Below, piece after piece: positions 55,496 through 64,000 of a DNA stretch of 64,000 bases; position 1 is the stretch's first letter, and each line of letters opens with the position of its first letter. Under the pieces are notes generated by a model that was given only the letters and a program-made list of their open reading frames with translations, had not been told where the DNA came from and did not search any database. A program made the translations under genes and the position numbers. Source of the stretch: Eledone cirrhosa (taxonomy: Eukaryota); assembly GCA_964016885.1 (NCBI GenBank), contig OZ024752.1, positions 30,070,001-30,134,000 on the forward strand. Reading direction: 5' to 3'.

Positions 55496-55686
55496 AGGGT
55501 GTTACATGTAATACAAGTACTCTTACTTACCCACGTAAAGTGCTTGTATTACATGTAACACCCTTAATTGCCTTATGTTGTTTATTACATAACTATATAA
55601 ATACATATATAGTTATGTAATAAACAACATAAGGCAATTATTTCATTTACCAGTGGGTCTTGAAAGCAAACAAATTTTGCTTTCAA
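55496..55686. other. Three closely spaced near-perfect hairpins
   Basis: 26-bp arms at 55496-55564, 35-bp arms at 55565-55640 and 11-bp arms at 55660-55686. Confidence 0.85.
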
Positions 55687-56214
55687 TCATCAGAATGAAA
55701 AAATCCTGGTGTATTTATTGACATTGGATTTTAAAAACAAAAATATAATCTATATGAAAGTGAGGCTGGAAAAGGAAGAAGGAAAGGAAAAATAAACACA
55801 CATGCACACACACACACACACAATTACATACACACACATATATACATACACACATATATATATATACATACATACACACACATATATATATCAACATATC
55901 CATACATACACATAAATACACAAACACACACATACATGTATATATATATATATACATACATACACACAATGATACATATATACACACGTACATACATATA
56001 TACACGCATACATACGCATGCACAAATATAGATCTATGTACACACACCTACATACGCACACACACAAATAATTATAAGAAAAAATATAATAAAAATACCG
56101 TTACATAAGAATAAAAATAAATGTAAAATTATTATAAAGTTGACAGCGATACAGGCAACAAATAAATGAACAAACACACGTGGTACGCAATACACACAAT
56201 TGCACATACACATA

Positions 56215-58341
56215 CATCATCATCATCATCATCATCATCAACGTTTAACGTCCGTGTTCCACGCTTGCATGGGTTTGGACGGGGGTAGTCCCACTTGAGG
56301 CAAGAGTGATTGTCTTGCTCGCATAGGACTGTCTGGCAGGTTTTCTACAGTTGGATGCCCTTCCTAACACCAACCACATTTACAGTGTGGGTCTGGGAGG
56401 TTTTTACCGTGTTGCCTACACGGCCACATTACAGCGTGGACTGTGTGTTTTTTGTCGTGACACCTACACGATCTCATTTGTTTCGGCCTGGATGGCGCGG
56501 CACCAACATAACTTTACATAGAACGGGGTGCTGTGGATGGGGTGGGGGTGGTGGTGGTGGGACGGGGTGTATTTTGTTAGAGATGCCTACTGGCTGTAGT
56601 AGGTTTTACGATGTATTTAGGTAAGGCGGGTCTTCTCTGTTACTGAGTACCGCCAAACGTCTTGGTCCAGTGACATTGTCTTGGAGAGGTGTAAGTGTGT
56701 GAGGTCGGAGTTTATCAGCTCGTCCCAGGTTTTTCTAGGTCTGCCTATTCCGTGGCTACCGTCTATCTTTATTGCCCTGCACTTTGTTATACAGCTATCA
56801 ACTTTCATGCGCATCACGTGTCCATACCAACGTAGCCTTCTCTCGAGTAAACAACATCTGATCCCTCTTATTTCTAATTTTTTCCTTAGTTCGTTTATGC
56901 TTTGCCGTTCACGTATATTACTGTTACACATCCAGCGGAGCATGCAAGCTTCCTTCCTCTCTAGTCTGCGTATATCCTCTGCACACAATGCCCAGGTCTC
57001 ACTCCCATGCAACATTGCTGTTCGTATGCAGGCATCGTACAACCTGCCTTTCATTTTTAGGGAGAACCCTTTAGCAGCTAATAGTGGTATAAGCTCTCTG
57101 AACTTTTTCCAACCAGTTCTGACTCTAGCTACTGTACTTTCAGAGCACCCTCCCCCACTGCTGATTTTGTCGCCCAGGTAACGGAAGCTGTCCACTATTT
57201 CTATAGAACCCTCTGCGCAATTGAAAGAGCTAGTATTTTGTGGGCACTTGCTGCTACTTATTGCACCAGAGCACCGGCCACATGTAAAATCTATGTTCTT
57301 AGTTAGCTTACCTGTGATCCCACTACATCTTTTATTCACCCATACTTTGCATTTAGGACATAAAATGGAGTTTCTACCTACGCCTTTCCTACACACCGAG
57401 CACGACCATTTCCCAGAAGGGACCGCCGCCTTGTTTTCTTTCCTACAAACTAGTACTTTGGTCTTAGCCAGGTTAATTTTAAGTCCTTTTGACTCTAGGC
57501 CGTGCTTCCATGTTTGGAATTTCTTCTCTAGCTCAGCCATTGATTCCGCTATGAGTGTCAGGTCGTCTGCGTATAGGAGTTCCCATGGGCAGCCAGTCTT
57601 GAACTCCTCTGTTATAGCCTGAAGGGCAATAATAAATAGTAGGGGGCTGAGAACAGAGCCCTGATGGACGCCAACTTTTACGCTAAACTCTTCACTATAT
57701 TCGTTGTTAATTCTAACCTTGCTGACTGTTTCTTTATACATGGCTTGTATAGCTCTCACAAGCCATTCGTCAACACCTAGTTTTCTAAGAGCCCACCAGA
57801 TAATGGAATGGGGGACTCTGTCAAAGGCTTTCTCCAAGTCGACAAAAGCTAAGTAGAGGGGTTTACCTTTAGCTAGGTACTTCTCCTGTAGTTGTCGTAC
57901 AATGAAAAGAGCGTCTGTGGTACTTTTGCCTGACACAAACCCGAACTGCATTTCATCTAGGTCTATTCTCTCTCTGATTAGTTGCGCTATTACTTTTTCC
58001 GTGACCTTCATGACCTGGTCGATTAATTTAATGCCTCTATAGTTACTCCTATCTAGGGCATCTCCTTTACCCTTATAACAGTTAACGATGATGCTGCTAT
58101 GCCAGTCCTTCGGAACAACCGCTTTCTGTACGACTTGGTTAACTATGCGGGTGACCATGGTGTGTCCCACTGTGTCAGATGCCTTCAGCATCTCGGCAAC
58201 TATTTCCGAAGGCCCAGCCGCCTTACCCGTCTTCATATCCTTGATTGCCTTACTTATTTTACTCCCCTCGACTAACACTGCTGGTCCCTCTATTGGGTCG
58301 ATGTGGGGTAGACTGTCTTTCTCCCATTTATTCTCCTCATA
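56215..58341 (-). mobile_element. 5'-truncated RTE-clade LINE with 3' UTR and (GAT)n tail
   Basis: RT ORF followed by a 400-bp UTR ending in (CAT)n on the plus strand. The 5' end abuts a CA/TA microsatellite. No APE domain is present. Confidence 0.9.
56617..58341 (-). CDS. Non-LTR (RTE) reverse transcriptase, N-terminally truncated, with Cys-rich PHD-like insertion
   Basis: About 575 open codons with KAAGP, NYRGIKL, QFGF, FVDLEKAFD, GVHQGSVLSP, YADD, FRYLG, RRLRWYGHV and GRPRKTW. The ORF's first ~57 aa are microsatellite. Confidence 0.9.
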   Translation of the reverse strand, partial: YEENKWEKDSLPHIDPIEGPAVLVEGSKISKAIKDMKTGKAAGPSEIVAEMLKASDTVGHTMVTRIVNQVVQKAVVPKDWHSSIIVNCYKGKGDALDRSNYRGIKLIDQVMKVTEKVIAQLIRERIDLDEMQFGFVSGKSTTDALFIVRQLQEKYLAKGKPLYLAFVDLEKAFDRVPHSIIWWALRKLGVDEWLVRAIQAMYKETVSKVRINNEYSEEFSVKVGVHQGSVLSPLLFIIALQAITEEFKTGCPWELLYADDLTLIAESMAELEKKFQTWKHGLESKGLKINLAKTKVLVCRKENKAAVPSGKWSCSVCRKGVGRNSILCPKCKVWVNKRCSGITGKLTKNIDFTCGRCSGAISSSKCPQNTSSFNCAEGSIEIVDSFRYLGDKISSGGGCSESTVARVRTGWKKFRELIPLLAAKGFSLKMKGRLYDACIRTAMLHGSETWALCAEDIRRLERKEACMLRWMCNSNIRERQSINELRKKLEIRGIRCCLLERRLRWYGHVMRMKVDSCITKCRAIKIDGSHGIGRPRKTWDELINSDLTHLHLSKTMSLDQDVWRYSVTEKTRLT

Positions 58342-59139
58342 ACATAAAAATAAATACATACACACACACACACATACAAACACATACACACACATATACA
58401 TACACACACACACACACACATATACATATATACATATATATACACACACACATACATACAAATACATACACACACATGTATGTGTGTAAAACTCATTCTT
58501 AGATGTATTCATTTGAACCTTGTTTAACTCTTAAATTATATATAAACATACACACATATATATATACATATATATATATACATATATATGCAAAAGTTCT
58601 ATTTAAATTGTTGGGATACAACAAGCAAATATTTTTATAACTGGTATAAAGCACTCGACAAGTATTTGGAGTAAATATACGATATTAACAAATGGAAACT
58701 ATATTTATAAAACCATATCTATTTTATTATACATATTTCAAGGATACAATGTTAAATTATGGTATGCTTTCATCAGACAAAATACAATATATACCAGTTT
58801 TATAAATAAATATTGACATACCCTTTCAAGATGCAACCGTTACTTTTGGAAGACATCAGGGATAGTGGATTTGTTTACTTATATTAGTAAGTCGTTGTGT
58901 TACGGAGAAGGAAAAAGACGGAGAGAGAGAGAGAAAAGCGGAGAGAGAGAAAAGGGAGAAATAAAGAAAGAAAAAGTAAAAGAGAAAAACGAGAGAGAGA
59001 TATCAAAACACCAGACAGAGAGAAAAAAACCGATAATAATATAAAAACTAACCATAATAATAACAATTGTAACTATGGTAACAATTTTAACAACTATAAT
59101 AGAAAACCTTACAATAATTCCGAAAGCCGAAAAATAAAT

Positions 59140-59822
59140 AGAACTAGGAACATAGTATGGTTCGCTCCTCCTTTCTCACTAAATATTAAAACCCCTATTG
59201 CTAAACTATTCTTTAAAGCTCTTGACAAACGCTTCCCTAGAACACAGATATTACTCAATTTTTAATAGACATACTATAAAATTAACTTACTCTTCCACCA
59301 AAAATTTAGCGCAAAATATTAATAGAATTAATAATAGAAATTTAAAACTTAACCAAAATACCAATAATAACCCAAGCAATATTCAATCGAATAATTGTAA
59401 CTGTAGAAATAAATCCAACTGTCCGTTAAATAACAATTGCTTAGCTCAAAATGTAGTTTATAATTGTAATGTAAAAACTAATTTAAATTCATTTAATTAT
59501 GTCGGATCTACCCCCACAGAGTTTAAATCCCGCTTCAATAATCATAAAAATTCTTTTACAGATCCAAACAAAAAATCTTCAACTTCGCTATCTAGCCTAT
59601 TATGGGACCTAAAACGAGAATATTGAATATTCGCTGATTTGGAATATTATTTCAAAAGCTACTCCTTTTAATTCTTCTTCAGAAAATTGCGATCTTTGTA
59701 TAGAGGAAATATTCTTTATATTAAAGACCAAAAATTCCCTGAATTTAAGGAATAATTTATTCAGTTGCTGCAGACATAGATTGAACTCAACGTTTAAATA
59801 TAAATATAAATTTAAAATGTAG
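59140..59822 (+). pseudogene. PLE thumb/GIY-YIG endonuclease fragment (frameshifted)
   Basis: RNIVWFAPPFS, IFNRHTIKLTYSS, CNCRNKSNCPLNNNC, VVY..YVGST..FKSRFNNHKNSF, CDLCIEE..LNLRNNLFSCCRHR. Confidence 0.85.
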
Positions 59823-61236
59823 TATATAATTAATTAAGTAATTTGGTTAATATATGAAACCTGTCGATAAATCATTAGATTCCTTCATCTTTTTCATTTT
59901 CTTTGATTAAGTACTCAAGTATAAATAAATTTTCCTCCTAAATATAAATATAAATATAATAAACTATTCTAGAGAAATATATTGAGAGCTCTTGAAAGGA
60001 GAAAATATTTCCTATTTCTTATTTTTTATATTTTTTATATTTTATTTATTTTTTATTATGTTTGCTTTTATTCTGATATTTTTATTCTGATAGCTTCTCA
60101 CAATTTTCGAAAGTTTATCCTTTCAATATCTTGAGTAAAATATACGTAAGATAAATTTCTATACTAAATCTATTAAACATATTATTTTAACTTAAAATAT
60201 TTTAATATTTTAGAATTCTTTTGTTTTTAAAATTATATTGATATAATTATATTTCCAAAATATAATCCTTTTGTATTTTAGGTACTCAATTATAATGTAC
60301 TATAGTGATGTATACTTATCTCTATACGTGTATGTATGTATATGTGGATATTAACATACATATACATGTTATTATATGCATTTTTATGAATATATGTCTG
60401 TCTGTATATATGCATGCGTGACGCGTGTCTACCAATTGGCTGAGGATGCACACACATGTTTATATATGTATATGTAAGAATTGTGTGTGTACATGTGTAC
60501 CCATACAATTTGATTGCAGATAGACATAATTAACAGCCATAAATGCATGACAGCTAATCCTATGTATTTATATATATGTATTAATTTTGTTTATTTAATA
60601 ACACAAAGGATGTATAACATTAATAAAAAAAAATCATTTATGTTTTGTATGTATATATTATATACGGGGGTAGATATGATGTGTACTTTGTGAGTGTGCG
60701 TATATATATTTTTATGTGTATTTTTTGCGTGTGTGTACGTGGTATATAATATGTAATTTCTCTAGCAATATATAGATTTCTTAATGTTTAAATTCCAATT
60801 TTTAATATATTGATCTCAATTTTTAAACTAAATATCTAATCATAGTTAAACAATGATTAATTTCTCATATTATATATGTACATTCCATTCATGAATATAA
60901 ATATTTCTAATTTTATTTATTCATTTCATCTTAATTGTTAACTTAACTTAATATGACATGACTTAAGGTTTTCGTTCTCTCCCCCTCTCTCTATCTCTAT
61001 ATTTCTCTCTCTCAGTTTTTTCTCTCTGTCTGGTGGTTTGATATCTCTCTCTCGTTTTTCTCTTTTTCTTTCTTTATTTCTCCCTTTTCTCTCTCTCTCC
61101 GTCTTTTTCCTTCTCCGTAACACAACGACTTACTAATATAAGTAAACAAATCCACTATCCCTGATGTCTTCCAAAAGTAACGGTTGCATCTTGAAAGGGT
61201 ATGTCAATATTTATTTATAAAACTGGTATATATTGT

Positions 61237-61299
61237 ATTTTGTCTGATGAAAGCATACCATAATTTAATATGGTATCCTTGAAATATGTATAATAAAAT
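61237..61299 (+). ncRNA. Type I hammerhead in PLE pLTR (inverted copy at 58721-58783)
   Basis: ATTTTGT-CTGATGA-AAGcATACCATA attta a TATGGTATcCTT-GAAA-TATGTA-TA-ATAAAAT. Confidence 0.7.
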
Positions 61300-61539
61300 A
61301 GATATGGTTTTATAAATATAGTTTCCATTTGTTAATATCGTATATACATATATATATATACATACACACACACACATATATATAAGAAAATACATAAATA
61401 TTATATATATATAAAAATAAAAAGTTGGGAATACGACAAATAATAAATAAATAAATAATTAGAAAAGGGTATAAATGTTTATAGCTGATTTAGAGCACTC
61501 AACAAGTTCCTAAATACACATATATATATATATATAGTT

Positions 61540-62740
61540 ATACTTGGGGAGGGTCATATTTGTGTAATAATATTGCCAGAATTACTAACAGAACACACTC
61601 ACTGTTTGGTTGGTTTTCGCTTCTGTGTCCTTTATATCGGTTAATTTAATTTATTCGGTCCTCAATGTTACCATTGACTGACCAACGATAAAAAATACAG
61701 ATACAATATAGACACAAACACATATATATAGTCTAACAAAGTTCTTTCGTTGCACATCTGCAACATCGTCAGTGGTGCTATTATGTTTCCTCCCGTTGCA
61801 TTGTATGCTTACGCCATCTTTATTTAGTCTGTTTATTTATTTATTTGTTTATTTTTTGTCTTCTCTGCGCATGCGTTTGCGTGTGTGTATAGTGTTTTGT
61901 TTGATGTGTGTTCGTATTTGGGTGACTGTGTATTGGTTTTTGTATTCTATCTTAGTTTACTAGTGTGTGTTTATATGTGTTTGTTGTTATTGTGCTTGTG
62001 TATGTATTTATTTATTTATTTATTTATACTCACTTCTCTTAGGTCAGTGTTGTTTGTTTGGGTATTGTTGTTATTCCATTCATTTTTTTCTGTTTAGCCT
62101 TGGCCTTCTAAGTTCTATTTCACTGGCCTCTCTGATTTGCCTATCTGCTGGGTCATTTTTATGTTTAGATATTATTCTAATTTCTATGTTGTCTATGTTA
62201 CCGTCATGTTGTTGTCTGGCATGTTCGTATAGTACTGAACCGTTTTTTCATCCTTTTAGTTCCCCCCAGTGTTGGTCTATCCTTTCGCCTATGCTTCAAG
62301 CTGTCTCGCCTATGTATGTTGTTGTCATGTTTCTGCAAGTACCCTCTGTACATCTTATGCTATAGACTACGTTTCTAGTTTTACAGTTTATCCGGGGGTT
62401 TATTTTACATATGATACATTTCCTATTAGTACAGTGGGTTTTCTTAAAAGGGTAGGTTTTGCTGATCAGGATTTTATGGTGGTTCCTGGCTTTTCTACCA
62501 CCTTAATCTTTAAGTGGATCTTTTTCAGGGCCTTTCTACACTGGTTAGCTAATTTCCCTCCAGGGGTAGCGTCCACAAACATGACTCTCTGGTTGTAGTA
62601 CCATGAGGTGGCTTTCCCTATCTTATGTCTAGTCCTATCTAAGCTATTCCATGATTTGCTCCTGTATAATGGGCAAATTCCTTTCATGTCCAGTTCTATG
62701 AGGGTCTTATACTTCTCTGTGGCTCCTTCGTATACTCTTT
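61540..62740 (-). mobile_element. Penelope-like element 3' part (GIY-YIG plus pLTR)
   Basis: Minus strand reads VMFVDATPGGKLA...IKVVEKPGTTIKS...CIIC...CKTRNVVYSIRC...YIGET...IGERIDQH...RQIREA..I...LNRKNEW. Confidence 0.85.
61734..61777 (-). ncRNA. Minimal hammerhead ribozyme in PLE pLTR
   Basis: CTGACGA-T-GTTGCA gatg TGCAAC-GAAA-GAAC-TT; perfect 6-bp stem II, weak stem I. Confidence 0.6.
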
Positions 62741-63302
62741 GTATATATATATATATCTAGGGCGGGTAAAATTCCCGAGATCCATGGACGAGTTCTCTCC
62801 AGCGGTCTCTGTCCCTCATTATCGCTGCTATGTCCTGCATCTCCAACAGACCAGTGTATATATAAAAGAGAAAACACAGGTAAGCATTAAGAGAAGGATT
62901 TTATCCAGGTATTTACGACCGTTTCATTGGTAAGTGCAACCTTATATTGCTATACTGCAAATAGCAGCCACTCAATTATAATTGTTGATCAAGTCCAAAT
63001 TTTCAAAATAGTGAGTAAGTTACTCTTGAAATAGTTCTTAATATATAGAGAAAAACATTTTATTTTAAATTGTATTTACTAGTATAGAGAGAGAGGAAGA
63101 GGAATTAGAAGGTGAGGGGACAAACAGAATAGTATAGAGAGAGAGGAAGGGGAGAAGTGTTAGGAAGTAGAGTGACAAACTGAGCTGGAGGGAGGGATAG
63201 AGGTGGAAGGATTCCTTGATCAGTTTTGATATGTAGACTTCACGAACTGGATGACAATAAGCAATTTTCTGCTTTCCTAACTATATCATTTCATCATCAT
63301 TT

Positions 63303-63627
63303 CATTTTACGTCCACTTTTCCCTGTTTGCAAGGGTGGGACGGGAACTGATTCTGGCTTGATTTCTACAGCTGGATGCCCTTCCTAACACCAACCTCATT
63401 TACAGTGAGTGCTGGGTGCTTTTTTGCCGTGGCACCTCCACAACAACTTTGCAGTGGAATGATAGGGACCCCAGTCCCTATCATCTCAATTCTACAGCTG
63501 AGTAAACTGGAGCAATGTGAAATAAAGTGTCTTGCTCAAGGAAACAACACATCACCCGGTCTGAGAATTGAACTCACAACCTTTCAATTGCAAGCCCAAT
63601 GTTCTAATCACTAGGCCATGTACCTCC
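63303..63627 (-). mobile_element. CORE-type SINE family 1
   Basis: Reverse complement of the 5056 element. Confidence 0.85.
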
Positions 63628-63753
63628 ATATATATTTATATATATGTGTGTGTCTGTGTGTGTGTCTCTATGTGTGTCTCTATATATATATATATATATC
63701 CGAGCTGAGGATCCGCTAAGGTGAAACAAGGTGAACTAACTGTTGTGAAACCA

Positions 63754-63787
<34 letters not shown>

Positions 63788-63922
63788 GGAAAAATTTGAA
63801 CAGGAACAAAACAGAGAGGCAGTACAACGAATGTTTATTAATTTCACGCTATAGAGAGAGAGAGAGAGTGTTCCCAAAGTTAGCTACATATTTAAATGTC
63901 ATCATGGGATGTGATGTTTGTG

Positions 63923-64000
63923 ATGGCACATGGTTTAGTGGTTCAAGTATTAGGTTTACAATCGTGAGGTTGTGAGTTTAATTCCCAGACTGGGTGGTGT
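63923..64000 (+). mobile_element. SINE tRNA-like head, cut by the window end
   Basis: GGCACATGGTTTAGTGGTT...AGGTTGTGAGTTTAATTCC. Confidence 0.65.

Larger units (their letters stand above)
58678..61344 (+). mobile_element. Penelope-like element remnant: inverted partial pLTR, GIY-YIG fragment, sense pLTR
   Basis: 58678-59030 is the reverse complement of 61015-61344; the endonuclease fragment lies between them; HHR in both arms. Confidence 0.8.

Noticed and set aside
63701-63735. Hammerhead CTGAGGA-T-CCgctaaGG-T-GAAAC
   Set aside because: No valid UH site or stem I partner follows; probably truncated or chance.

Overview
Eukaryotic, AT-rich, repeat-dense DNA with no convincing host protein-coding gene. 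The SINE and microsatellite content suggests a cephalopod, most likely Octopus (inference). Nearly all long ORFs are microsatellite or minisatellite artefacts. Real coding remnants are a 5'-truncated RTE-clade LINE with an open RT frame (56617-58341, minus), Penelope-like (PLE) GIY-YIG fragments, CRE-like restriction-endonuclease fragments and short RTE/Tx1 pieces. The main signal is RNA structure. A 12-kb array of ~466-bp near-identical units (24 direct plus ~1.8 inverted, and one older diverged copy) carries a minimal type I hammerhead ribozyme (HHR) and an ATGCAAAT octamer in each unit. This fits a non-LTR retrozyme or newt-satellite-2-like circular-RNA system. At least six other HHR families occur in PLE-type termini. 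These include a candidate non-circularly permuted HHR (28016-28087) and an HHR with a ~115-nt stem II (54026-54175). All pairings were read by eye; no folding or database search was run, and repeat boundaries are approximate.
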